From Cyanophora paradoxa CCMP329 (lineage: Eukaryota; Plantae; Glaucophyta), in contig QPMI01000332.1 in the NCBI GenBank assembly GCA_004431415.1, positions 1-64,000 on the forward strand: a DNA stretch of 64,000 nt, given 5' to 3'. The translations under genes and the position numbers were made by a program. The notes beneath the pieces are model-generated. The model did not search any database and had not been told where the DNA came from. It worked only from the letters and a program-made list of their open reading frames with translations. Shown here piece after piece: positions 24,274-35,712 of the stretch; position 1 is the first letter of the stretch, and every line of letters begins with the position of its first letter.

Positions 24274-27200
24274 ATGCCCAGCAACGCAGCAGCGGCATCG
24301 TCATCGCAATCGAGCAACCAACAGCAGTCAGCACCATCGAGCGGCCAGCAGGCGCCGTCCACCTCGAGCGGACAGGCGGCGAGTTCGAGCAGTAAGCCGC
24401 GTAATCGAAAGCGGCCAAATACTAGTGAACCGCCGCGGCCGCGCGGGCGCCCTCGGAAGCAGCCACCAGCACCTGCAGCTGTGGGCGCAGATGGCGCAGC
24501 AGCTTCAGAATCACAGCCAGCAGAGGCAGCGGCTTCGAGCTCGAGCTCGAGGCAGCAACAACAAAAGAAGGGCTCGGCCGCAGCAGCCGGCAAGCGCATC
24601 GACACCACCGAATTTCGCCACCGAGTCCAGCGGATGTTCGCCGAATCCCGAGGCGCTGAACCGGTCCCAGCAGCATCAGTGCAGCGCGTAACTTTCGAAG
24701 AATATCGAGCCGCTATACAGCGTGTGAAGCCCGGAGCGGTGCTGCTTTCTCGCGCCGACATCGAACACGTTAAGTACATCCTCGAAAACCCGGACGCGCC
24801 CGAGCCCAGCGGCAGCCCAGAGCATGTGAGGCGGGTGAAGAATTGGCGCGAGTTCATGAGGGGAAGTACACGCTGCGCGAGGTTCCAGATCCGACAGACA
24901 ACCTGACAGCGGAGGAGCTCGCCATGCCCAACCCGCGGCCAAGGCGCAAGCTTCGGCTGGTGGTGGAGAAGCAGGTTGACAACCGCTTGAAGCGAGGAAA
25001 TTCGGGCGACGCCCCCCCACTGGGCAGGGAGCTGGTGTGTGACGAGGACATTTTCATCTGCATCCAGGTGCGATCGCGTTACAACGCAATTCTCTGCGCA
25101 CGCGCAACGCATCTTCAACGCAAGCGTTGGGTTGCTAGCGTTGGACATTCTCAACACATGCGTTGACCATGCGTTGAACAGAATACATTTTAATTTTTAT
25201 GTCCACTGCATTGCACTGTTTGTGACGCGGTCATGATCGTGCGCAGCGCGAACACCTTGAGAGCGGGCACAAAGGTGGCACCGGTGTATACAACAATGCG
25301 AAGCAAAGGTACGCGATTCCTCGCTACCTGGTCCGCATCTACGTCAAGATTTGGTGAGTTTTCTGACCACAGACAAACCAATCGTGACTAAGACTCACCT
25401 GCGGTCGTGGGATGGGCTGCAGTCCAGTCTGCAAGCTCAAGAACAAGAGGAGGCAGCCCGACGGGATCCTCCATCCAATCAAGGTGATTGGTTTCTGGGA
25501 TCGGGCAATTGTCGACTTCTTTGAGATGCCCAAGGCATGGGGCCCTGCCCCGCATGGTGAGATGTTGTTATTGATGCGCCTGGCCACGTGTTAAAATTTA
25601 CCTGGGAGTTGCAGGAGTGGCTGCCGGGGTGGAAGTGGAATGAGAGCTCAGGCGAGCTCGAGAGGGTCTGGTACTGGGAGCAAGCAGTGCACGTGTGCCG
25701 GTACGAGAAGAAAATCCCGGATCCCGAATTTCCGGGCTGCTACAAGACGGTCTTTGTCACGGACGTCATTCCGCGATTCTGGGCATTTGTCCTGGCCATA
25801 AAGGTCAGTTTTCGGCACGGTCATGCGCAGATTTCTGCATCCGGTAACGAACAACGGCGAACGCAGGACCACTACACTCGTTTCCTCATCCTGGAGGCTT
25901 GCGAATCAAAGTGCGCAGGCGAAGTTGCTGATCGTCTTCGCGAGAAATTTGCCTACTTCGGCGCATGCACAATCCTGTCCTGCGACAACGGATCGGAGTT
26001 CAAGAATGATGTGAAATTCCCGATATCTCTTGTAAACTTCAATATTAATTATGTTAACGGAGTATGGCAGATCATGAAGGTCCTTATGGCGGCCTACCCG
26101 AACTCGTCCATCGCCTACGGGAAACCGTACACTCCAGAGCACCAGGGCTCTGTGGAGCGCGCGAACAGGGACTCGAAGCCGACGCTCGAGGCTATTTGCT
26201 ACGAACGCCGGAACCAGAATGCGGAGGACTGGGCGAACTGGGCCCTAGCCATTCCCGATGTATTTAAAATCCTTTTCATACCCCATTTGAAAATTCCAAG
26301 TGCACTGATCGATGCTGGATTCTCAGGCAATGGAGTCCCACAACAGCATGAAGTTCGCGAACGGGCACAAGATGACACCCATCGAGGCCATGACCGGGCG
26401 CAGACCTTCACGAAGGCCTTTGGGAATTGAGCCACCGTCGGATCCGACAAGGCCGTACACCGAGAAGGACATTGAGGACCTCCTCGGAGTGCGCAACGGA
26501 ATGTCTGCGCATCCCAACGCATGCGTTGGTAATTGTGTTGTCAGGTTGCAAACATGGAGGAAGTGAACAGAGTGTGCGATGACATGGCGAAGTACGAAGA
26601 AGATATCGCCAACGCTCTTCTGCAGAGGGCGGAGAGCCCGCTCTTGAAGGACATCCCGGTGTTCTACGTAGTAAGTGCCTTCAATTCATTGCAAATTTTG
26701 TCGCACTCTCATCCAACGCATTCTCAACGCATGCGTTGGACAGATCGATCAGTTTGTGCGTGCATTCGGAATGTCCAGGCATGCGCACGGCTTGCCGTGT
26801 ACAGAGACCAGATGAAGGCGTGCGCGGAGAAGCAGGGAGCAGGTCCTGTTATCTACAGTATCGGGATCGTGTGGCCGTCCTTGTCAAACAGCTCGGCATG
26901 CACGTCCTCCTACAAGCAAGGGTACCTGGGATCGTCACAGAAGTGGTGGACGTCCGGCATGGCCTCTACACGATCAGGACGATGGCGGGTTTCATTGACA
27001 CTCCCATTCAGGGAGCACAATTGATCAACATGAACCTCGTGGGCGGTACGTGCAGGGGTAGTCCCATTTGCACGAATGTTGCACACTCATCAAAGAACTG
27101 GTGCAGGGATGCAGACAATCTGGAAGACAATTGAGGAGAACCGTGCGAACAACATAATGAACGGCACCGTTCCTCTCATGACAGCATTCAAGAGCTTCTG

Positions 27201-28138
27201 TGGCCAGGCCCCCGGTCTCGACGTGGACCCGTGCAAGTGCAGGGATGGCTGCCTTCCAGAGAAATGCGGCTGTTTCACAAGCGGCCTGGTGTGCTGCTCG
27301 AGCTGCCAGTGCAGCAAGTACGGGTGCAAGAACAAGCGTGAGCGCATCTACCCGGAGACTGCCAGTGTCGGGGAGAAAATCATTCCGCGCCAGCGTGGCG
27401 CAACGGCAGAATCGATCGTCGCCGACAATGCAACAGCAGATGGCCCTGTCGACGACAAGTACGGCCCCATCCCGTCTGTTGATGGGATACGACGGGTGCG
27501 TTTTTTTAGCAACGCAAAGCACACGTTTGCGTTCTTCAATTCAACGCTTGCGGTGCAGTTGCGTTGGACTTCCTCTTCTAATTTCCTTTTTCTCGCAGCT
27601 TCTGGCCCCTGGCATGCACACCACCAACAAGCCCCTGCAGGCATTCCTCCGTGCTGCAAACCTGCCGCACACAGGTAACAAGGAGGCTCTCAAGCTGCGA
27701 ATTCTAGCTTTTCTCAAGAAAGAGGAGGAGGATGCCGCTCAGCATGCAGCCCAAGCAGCCGCAGCACGTGCAGCCCAAGCAGCCGCAGCCCACGCTCCGG
27801 CCCCGCCCGCCCCGTCTACTGCTGCGGCCCCGCCTGCCCCATCTCGCGCTCCGGCCCCGCCTGCCCCATCTCGCGCTCCGGCCCCGCCTGCCCCATCTCG
27901 CGCTCCGGCCCCGCCTGCCCCATCTCGCGCTCCGGCCCCGCCCGCCCCGTCTCCTGCTGCGGCCCCGCCCGCCCCGTCTCCTGCTGCGGCCCCGCCCGCC
28001 CCGTCTCCTGCTGCGGCCCCGCCCGCCCCGTCTCCTGCTGCGGCCCCGCCCGCCCCGTCTCCTGCTGCGGCTCGTTCGGGGTCGGCGTTGCTGTCGCCGT
28101 CCTCGTGCGCTGGCTGCATGTCCCGCCGCACGACGTAG
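24274..28138 (+). CDS. Integrase-type DDE transposase (KRBA2/SCAND3-like) with AT-hook, HHCC finger, CXC and SAP domains; spliced; two apparent frameshifts
   Basis: RGRPRK; REHLESGH..KICPVC; IVDFFEM; DHYTRF; ILSCDNGSEF..GKPYTPEHQGSVERANR; CKCRDGCLPEKCGC..C..C.C....C.N; LQAFLRAANLPHTGNKEALKLRI. One G is missing in G-runs at about 24860 and about 26874. Confidence 0.88.
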
Positions 28139-28596
28139 AAGAAACATCCGGGACTGAGCTTCGGCAGCTTCCGAGACGCAGTCCTCAGATCGAGGGTGTC
28201 CGCCTCCGGATCGTAGAAGTACAGGTCCAGGCCCGCAGGTCCGACGGATTGCGTGAAGCGGAGCTGCCGCTCCGCATCCTTCAAGAGCTCCGCAGGCCAT
28301 CCCGTGCCTCCCTCGACCTCGATGGTCACCGTCGCTGCGTCACGGGCAAGGTGCACGCGCGGTCGGGCATCAGCGCGGCGCCCGGTGCGCGCCTTCGCAT
28401 CACAGCTCAAGAGTATCGAACCTTTGGTCGTAGTAAGGCCTCCGTTCTGCCGGCTGTCGGCGAGAACACGCACTTCGACTGGTTCCGCGGGCGCCTGCAG
28501 CTGCCCTGCGCGAGCCGCCGACTCTTCGGCTCCCGCAGCCGCTGCTGCGTCGCTCGACTCGCCTAGCTTAGCCACTTTGCCCTTCTTGGGCGCCAT
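27739..28596 (-). CDS. Antisense accessory ORF of the transposon (285 aa, unknown function)
   Basis: ATG 108 bp inside the right TIR; MAPKKGK start; protein-like globular middle (WPAELLKDAERQL..LDLYFYDPEADTLDL..CFFYVVRR); repeat tail. Confidence 0.65.
   Translation of the reverse strand: MAPKKGKVAKLGESSDAAAAAGAEESAARAGQLQAPAEPVEVRVLADSRQNGGLTTTKGSILLSCDAKARTGRRADARPRVHLARDAATVTIEVEGGTGWPAELLKDAERQLRFTQSVGPAGLDLYFYDPEADTLDLRTASRKLPKLSPGCFFYVVRRDMQPAHEDGDSNADPERAAAGDGAGGAAAGDGAGGAAAGDGAGGAAAGDGAGGAAAGDGAGGAGARDGAGGAGARDGAGGAGARDGAGGAGARDGAGGAAAVDGAGGAGAWAAAAWAARAAAAWAAC
27799..28070. repeat. 27-bp tandem repeat, about 10 units in two sub-blocks
   Basis: Units GGCCCCGCCTGCCCCATCTCGCGCTCC and GGCCCCGCCCGCCCCGTCTCCTGCTGC. 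Confidence 0.95.
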
Positions 28597-28704
28597 GTGA
28601 GGACCGCCCCGCCCGCTGCCGCAGTGCTGTCTGCCGGCTGCTGCTGTGCGCGCTACCTGTAGCTATAGTACTATTGCATCATACGCTGGGAGTCGTAGTA
28701 GCCC

Positions 28705-28813
28705 CCCCAACGCAAAGCTCCGGCTGCGCTGGCCGGCGCCTTTTTTTCTGCGATGGCTCAAAAGCGTGCGCCATAAAAATAAGATGGCGCGCCATTTTAT
28801 TTGGCGCACTACA
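28705..28813 (-). repeat. Right terminal inverted repeat
   Basis: Exact reverse complement of 23879-23987. Confidence 0.97.
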
Positions 28814-28930
28814 ATCGATGTCCCCGCGCCCACGCCCGTCCCTCATTTGTGCCCGCCGCACGATCCGATGATCATTGGATCGATTATACCACTGGGCGCA
28901 AGCTGAGGGGTGGGACGGGCGGGGGCGGAG

Positions 28931-31900
28931 CTAGGGGTTGGCGGGGAGGATGCTGCAGACGGAGGTGCCGTAGAGGCGGTCGAAGAAGAAGCAGAGCTCG
29001 GCGTCGGCATGCCTCGAGGAGCGCGACGCCAGCAGGCGCCCCGCCCCGACCGCCGCCTGGAGCGCCTCTGTGAGGCCGGCGCCGCGGGGCGCGGAGCCCT
29101 GCAGGAGCTTGGCCATGTGCAGGAGCCCGTTCTGCCGCTCGAGCGCCACCACCAGCGACGGCCCCGAGGCCAGCTCCTCCACCTGCCCGCCCCCTCTGAC
29201 CCCCGCCGCCACGGCCGGCGCGGCGGCCGCACCGTCTCGCGGGAGGCCGGGTGCCCGCCGGCGGCGAGGAAGGCGGCGGCGGCGTCGGCGGTGAGGCTCG
29301 CCGTGCAGAGGTTCACCAGCGCGAACTCGAGCCGCTGCGCCGCCTCTGCGCGGGGCTCGAGGCGGGGCGGGCGGGCGGGGGCGGGGCGGGGCGGACCGAG
29401 GAAGGGGAGGTGGGCGGCGTCGCGGAGGAGGGAGGGGGCGAGGAGCACGCAGAGGGTCTCCACCATCGACCCCTTCGCCCGCTCCACCCGCCGCCCCCGC
29501 GCCGCCTCGGGCCCCACCGCCGCCGCAGGCCACACCGCCCGGCACGCCCGCTCCTGCCGGGCGTGAGGGGGAGGGGCGGGCGGGGGCGGGCGGGGCGGGG
29601 CGGGGGCACGGCGTCGGCGGGGGAGAGGGAGCCCGGGGCGAGGTCGGGGAAGAAGAGGCGGGTGTCGCGGAGGGCGTCGGCGTAGGAGCGGGAGCCGTAC
29701 GCGGCGTTGCGGGCCGCGTCCCGCCCGAAGGTCGCCCGCAGCGAGAACTCGTCGGTGCGCTTGGCGATGACGGGGTCCTCGGGCCCAAGCAGCTCGAGCA
29801 GGCGCCGCACCGCGTTCTCCCGCCGCAAGCACACCGCCACCACCGGCTCCTCCAGCAGCAGCCGCACCCCCGCCCCCGGCCCCTCCTCCCCCGCAGCCGC
29901 CCCCGGCCCGAGGGCGGCGGCGGAGGCCGGGGATGGGGGCATGGGCTGGGCGTGGGAGGGGGCGCCGAGGAAGCAGGGGGCGAGGGCGGGGTCGCGGATC
30001 TGGGTCATGCGGAGGTCGAGGAGCTGGAGGCCGGCGTGGGCGATGTGCCGCAGCGCCCGCGCCAGCAGGCCCCGCTCCACCACGTCCCCCTTGAGCAGCG
30101 CCACCGTCAGCAGCGGCTCCGGCGCGGCCACGAGGCGGGTGAGGGCGGTGAAGATGGAGGCGCGCTCGGGGGGGCGCAGCTCCCGCCCCGTCGCCGCGTG
30201 CGCGTCCGGCAGCAGCTCCTCCTCGCTGAAGAAGGCGAGCACCTGGGCGCGGGCGGGGGCCGGCTCGGGGGCGGCGAGGACGGCCTCGCGGGCGGCCGGC
30301 TCGAGGGCGCCGAGGAAGGCCTGCAGGCCCGCAAAGGCCCGCGCCCGCCGCAGCGCCACCACCAGCGCCCGCTCCCCCTCCAGCGCCCCCGCCGCCCCGC
30401 CCCCGCCTCCCCAGCCCCTGCCGCCGGCGTGGGCGGGGCGCGGGGGCGGGGCGCGGGGCGGGGCACCGGCGGGGGGCACGAGGGCGGCGCAGTGGTGCGG
30501 CTCGAGGGAGGGGACGAGCTTCAGGCCGACCAGCTCGAAGCCGTGGCCGGGCTCGCCGCCCGGCCCGCGCGTGCCGGCCCGGCGGGGGCCTGGGGGCGGC
30601 CGGGGCAGGAGGAGGCGGGAGAGGAGGGCGGCGGGGCCGGGGGCCTCCCCGAGGCTCTCGAGGACGAGGGTGACGCAGCAGACCTGCTCGCCCTCCCCGC
30701 TGCCCGCCCCCAGCGGCGCCGCCCCGCCAGCGTCCGCTCCACGGCCTCCCTGCGGGGCGTCAGGCGGGGGCGGGGGGGGCGGGGGCGGGGGCCGGGCGGG
30801 CGGACGGGGCGGGGAGGCGGGCGAGGAGGGGCTCGAGGGCGGCGACCTCGGCGGCGGCGGCCTCCGCCGAGGCGGAGACGTGCACGGCCGCCTCCGCGGC
30901 GCCGGCGGCGTCGGGGCCGCCGAGCGCGGGCGCGAGGAGCGGGGCAAGGGCGCGGCGGGCGGCGTGGGCGTGGTGGAGGGCCCCTCCCGCCCCAGCACCG
31001 CCACCAGCAGGGCGCCCCGCCCCCCGGGGGCGCCAGGGCGGGGCCCCAGCGCAGGCGCCCGAGCAGCGCGGCGTCGACGGGGCGGCGGGCGAGGGCGAGG
31101 GGCGCGAAGCCGGAGCGGAGGAGGAGGGCGAGGGCGGCGGGGTAGGCGCTGGGGGGCACGGCGGGGCCGAGGGCGAGGACGAGGCGCTCGTGGGGGAAGG
31201 GGGCGACGAGGGGGAGGGCCTCGGGCAGGCGCCCCGCGGCGAGCTCCTCCTCCGAGGGGCGCCCGCTGAAGAGCAGCGCCAGCTCGAGCGCGAGCTTGGG
31301 GCCCAGGTGCCGCGAGGCCGCCGCGAGGTTGCGCGCCCGGTCCTGCCCGTAGAGGGCCCGCAGGCTGCCGGGGTCGGTGCGGGCGGCGATCTGCGGGTCC
31401 TCGGGGCCCAGGGCGTCCAGCCAGCGCCCACCGCCCCGGGGCCCCGCAGCGCCAGCGCCAGCACGGGGCCCCGCCCGCCCCGGCCCCGCCGCCGCCCCGG
31501 GGAGGCGAGGCCGCGCGGGGCGGTGAGGGAGGTGCGGGCGGCGAGGAGCTCGCGCTGCGTGGGCGTCAGGGAGGCGGGGGCGGGGGGCGGGGGCCGGGGC
31601 GGGCGTCGGGGGCGGAGGGGTAGAGGAGGCGGGCGGCGACGAGGTCGAGGCCGTCGGCGGCGGCGCGCTTCAGGAGCGCCGCGAGGCCCTCCCCGCCCTC
31701 CACCGCGTCCCCCTTCACCAGCACCGCCGCCGTCTCCGCCCCCGCCCCCTCCGCACCCGCCCCGCCGTACGTCCACAGCGCCAGCGGCAGCGTCAGGTGC
31801 CTGCGGCGGCTCGCGAGGCGGGAGAGAGGAGCGGGGCGGGGGCGGGGGCGCACCGGAGGCTCGTGGTGCGGGCGTAGAGGGAGAGGGGCCCAAGGGCGGC

Positions 31901-34900
31901 CTCCTCCGCCCCGTCCGGCCGCCGCACCAGCCGTGCCGCCGCTGCCGAGAGGATCTGCGGCGGGCGTCAGGCCGGGCCCGGGGCGGCGGGGCGGGCGGTC
32001 GGGCCTGGTCGAGGGGCGTGACGCGGAGGAGCTCGTCGAGGCGCGCCTGCACGCTCGGGCCGCCCCTGCCGCCGCCTCGGGCCCGGCGGGGCGGGGCGGG
32101 GGCGAAGCGTGGCGCACGGGCCGGGCTCCTCGTAGTGCTCGTCGTCGGGCAGCTCCGTCACCGCCGCCAGCAGCACCCGCTCCGGCGCCTCCGCCCCCGC
32201 CCCCGCCGCCCCGGCGCCCACGGCCACGCCGGGGCCGCCGCCGCCGGGCACGCTGCCGGCGGCAGCAGCGGGCTCGCGCTCATCGGATCGCACAGGACGG
32301 AGCTCGCGAGGCCGATGAGGCGGAAGGGGAAGCGGGGCGGGGGCGGCTGGCGGACGGCCGGCGGGGCGGCGGGGCGGCGGTGCCCCGGGGCGGCCTCGGA
32401 GGGCGGGGCGGGGGCGGCGTAGGCGGAGGTGAGCCACTGGAGGAGCTCGGCGGCGGCGAAGGGCGGGAGCTGGCGCAGCACGAGCGCCGCCACGCGCTCC
32501 GAGCGCAGCGCGCCCCGCTGGAGGGCCTCGCAGAGCTGCGGCGGGAGGGCGGCGCTCCCGCCCGGGGGCAGCCCCAGCACGTCGGGGACGACCAGGCGCT
32601 CGGCGGCCGCCGGCATTCGCCCGGCGAGCGCGCGCTCCAGCCGCGCGCCCCGCCGCCGCGCCTCCGCCTCGTCCACCGACGCCACCCCCGCCGACGCCCG
32701 CCGCAAGCCCGCCTGCGAAGCCTGCGCCGCCCGTCAGCGCAGCGCCGGCCGCGGGACAGCTGGGGGCGCGCCTTGGGCGGCTCGGGTGCCGGCTTCGGCT
32801 TCTCAGCGAGGGGGGCAGGAGGAGACGGGGCGGCGGCGGGGGCCGGGGCGGTCTTGGGAGAGGGGGCGGCCTTGGGAGAGGCGTTGGCCTTGGGAGACGG
32901 CTCGGAGGCGGGCGAGGGCTCTGGCGTGGGACGCTGGCCGGCTTCGCTTGCCGGCTCTGGGGCGGGGGCGGCGGGGGGCGGGGGCGGGGGCTCATCGGGG
33001 GCCTGCGGGGCGGGGCGCCCGCGGCTGGAGACGGCGGCGACGAGGGACTCGGGGGTCCACAGGGAGCCCGCCACCGTCCCCGCCCGCCCTGCCCCGCCCC
33101 CCGCCGCCGCCCCCGAAGATACGGCGGTGGAGGCCGGCGCGGGGGCGGCGGTCTGGGAGGAGGCGTCGCGGGGACCGGGGAGGGCGGGGGCGGGGGCGGG
33201 GGCGGGGAGCCAGCGGGGGGCGGGGGTGCTGGTGACGGAGTCGTCGGCGAAGTCGGCGTGGCGGCTGTTGATCACCTGCCGCCGCTGCCGGTTCCACTCG
33301 TTCACCTGCGCCCCCTCAGCGCCCGCACCGCGCGGCGGGGCGGGGCGGGCGGGGCGCGCCTCGCGCATGGTCTCCTCGCCGTCGGAGCCGCTGCTGCTCG
33401 GCGCCCGCGCCCGCGCCAGCGCCTCCATCGCCCGGCCCCGCGGCCGCCGCCCCGCCTCGGCCCCGCCCCGAGGCCCCCACCGCTGCACCCTGGCCCGGCG
33501 CGCCGGCCCCGCTGGAGACCTCGGGGGCCTGCGGGACGCGCGGCCGCGCGAGGACGTTGAAGCTCCCCGCCCCGCTCGGCGGCGCAGGTGCCTGCCCCGG
33601 GGCTGCCGCGCCGCTGGACGTCTCGGGGCCTTGCGGCACGCGCGGCCGCATCAGCACGTTGAAGCTCCCCGCGGCGCTCGCCGTCTGTCCGGCCGCAGCG
33701 GCACCGCTCGAAACCTCCGGCGCTTGCGGCACGCGCGGCCGCGCCAGAACGTTGAAGCTCCCTGCGGCCGCCGGTGCAGGGCCGGCAGCAGGCGCGGGGT
33801 CGGGCGGGCCGCCGCCGGTCGCCTGGCGCAGGTCGATGCGGACGGGGGCGATACCATCGCCGGGCAGCGGCGGCCTGCGCGCCTCGTCAGCGCGGAGGCC
33901 GGGCGCGGCGCTGCCGGCGCACCGGGAGGCGCGGGGGGGACGGCGGGCGAGGGCGGCATCGGGGGCGGGAACTGCTCTCCGGCGTTCGCCCGGAGCGCGA
34001 GGGAGCGCGGCGACGGCGCGTCGAAGACCGGAGGCGGCCGCGTCTCCTGCAGCCCCTCCGGCCAGCCGCCGCGCCCGCCCGGCGGGGCGGCGGGGGCGCC
34101 CTGCGTGCTGCGGGGCGTCGCGGGGCGGACGACGGGGCGGGCGGCGCGGGGCGCACATGGACTCGAGGGCGCGGAGGGCGCCGGGGATGCTGTACCCCTC
34201 CTCGCTCTGCGACCGGTGAGGCGGGGCGGGGCCGGCGGAAGCGGGCGCCGCACGTCGGTCGAGTCGGGCGAGAGGACCTCGTTGCCCGAGCTCTCCCCGC
34301 TCTCTTCCCGCCCCGCCGCCGCCGCCGCCGCCAGCCGCCGCACCCCTCCGCGGCCCGCCCCGAGAGGAGCGCAGAGCCGCGGGCGACGTCCTGCGCCCCG
34401 CGTCGGCTGCCCCGGCGCCCGCGGGGGCCGGGGCGCGCACCTCCGCCTCGGCGTCGCTCTCGGAGGACGCCGCCGCCGGTGCCGCAGCCGCAGACCCGGG
34501 GGCACGCGGCGGGGCCGGGGTCGGGGCCGGGGCCGGGGCCGGGGGTGCCCCCCCGGCGGCCCCTCGTCGTCGGAGAAGTCGCCCATGCGGAAGCGCTCGT
34601 AGTCCACCCCCGGCGCCGCCGCCGCAGCAGCGGCCGGCGCTGCCGCCGCAGCGGAGCTCGCCTGCGGCCTGCGCACGCCGGCTCGACGAGGGGCGCACGG
34701 CTGCCGGCGGGAGGGCGCGCACGTCCGGGATGCGGGGGACCGCGCTGCCGGCTCCTCGCCCTTCGGCGTCCTCCCCGTCGCCGCAACGGGCACGGAGGGC
34801 TTGCGGCCCGCTCCGGAGGGCTTCGCAGCGATGTTGCGCGGGGCGCTGGGGGGCGGGGTGGGTGCGAGGGGAGGCGGCGGGGGCGGGGCGGGGGCGGACC

Positions 34901-35645
34901 GGATGGAGGAGCCGGGGGCGTCGTCCTCGTCGTCCTCGTCGTCGCTGGAGGCGGCGCTGCTGCCGGCGTCGGCGATCGAGGGGAGGCGCGTCTGGATCTC
35001 CTCGTAGATGGCGCTGATGCTGCTCTTCAGGCTGTCGCTGAAGATCGTGAAGTCCGACGGCTTCGCCTCCGGCCCCAGCTCCACCCCCGACACGTGCTCC
35101 GGCAGCAGCTCCGGCAGCGCCGGGCGCTCCTCCGACGCCACCTCCACCGTCAGCCGCCGCCTGCGAGCCTCCGCAGTGGGAACGGCCGCAGCGACGACCG
35201 GTTCGGGGGCGCGAGCAGCCGAGGACGTCGCCGCGAGGCGCGTACTGCTCGCCGGCGCTGGCCTCGGCGCATGTGCTTGTGTTGCACTGGCGGCAGGCGC
35301 GCGGGAGTGGGCTGGGATCGCCGCCGTGCGAGGCGCAAGTGGCGCCCGCCTTGGCTGGGTCGAATGCGCGTCCAGCTGTGCCCAATGTATACGGCAGACA
35401 TCGGCTGTGAAGAGGGACTCGTCGACGTGCGGAACTCCGGCCTGAAAGGCACGCGTAAAGCGACGTAGGTCACGGCTCGCCCTGTCAAAGTTGAAGAGGT
35501 GACGCCTGTTCGCGGGCGTAAGCTGACGCGCACGCGTGGCGCCGCGGCGCCGCACCGGACGAAGAATTGAAGCGCGGACTCCTGCGCTCCCGGTAAGCTT
35601 TCGTACGGCATCACGGGACACGGACGCACCAGATCCCTCCCCCAT
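28931..35645 (-). CDS. DNAAF8/DAAP1-like protein: disordered N-terminus plus several NDK-like domains (spliced)
   Basis: SAIYEEIQTRLPSIAD..SSDDED and VRIDLR motifs recall DNAAF8. NDK-like units: LALRGPGAV..LGPEDPQIARRTDPGSLRALYG and LRRENAVRRLLELLGPEDP..SLRATFGRDAARNAAYGS. Start uncertain. Confidence 0.6.
33510..33770 (-). repeat. Three coding repeats GSFNVLxRPRVPQxPExSSGA
   Basis: Visible in ORF 33316..35385 and at DNA level (ACGTTGAAGCTCCC x3). Confidence 0.85.
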
Positions 35646-35712
35646 GACAGGAAGGGTCCCTCGTGTGGCTCCATTCCCGGGGAAGCCGCAAAATCAACCT
35701 ACCCCTCTAAGG

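Larger units (their letters stand above)
23879..28813 (+). mobile_element. Complete Ginger2/TDD-type DNA transposon (4935 bp)
   Basis: TGT...ACA termini, perfect 109-bp TIRs, 5-bp target duplication ATCGA (23874-23878, 28814-28818), retroviral-type integrase with no RT, gag or LTR. Confidence 0.92.

Noticed and set aside
25353-25422. Apparent third frameshift in the transposase
   Set aside because: It is resolved by a GT-AG intron that restores KICPVC of the HHCC finger.
27799-28070. CRISPR-like array
   Set aside because: Head-to-tail repeats with no unique spacers and no cas genes.
23879-28813. LTR retrotransposon or Polinton
   Set aside because: The ends are inverted rather than direct repeats. 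There is no RT, gag, polB or capsid. Size, TGT termini and 5-bp duplication fit Ginger2/TDD.
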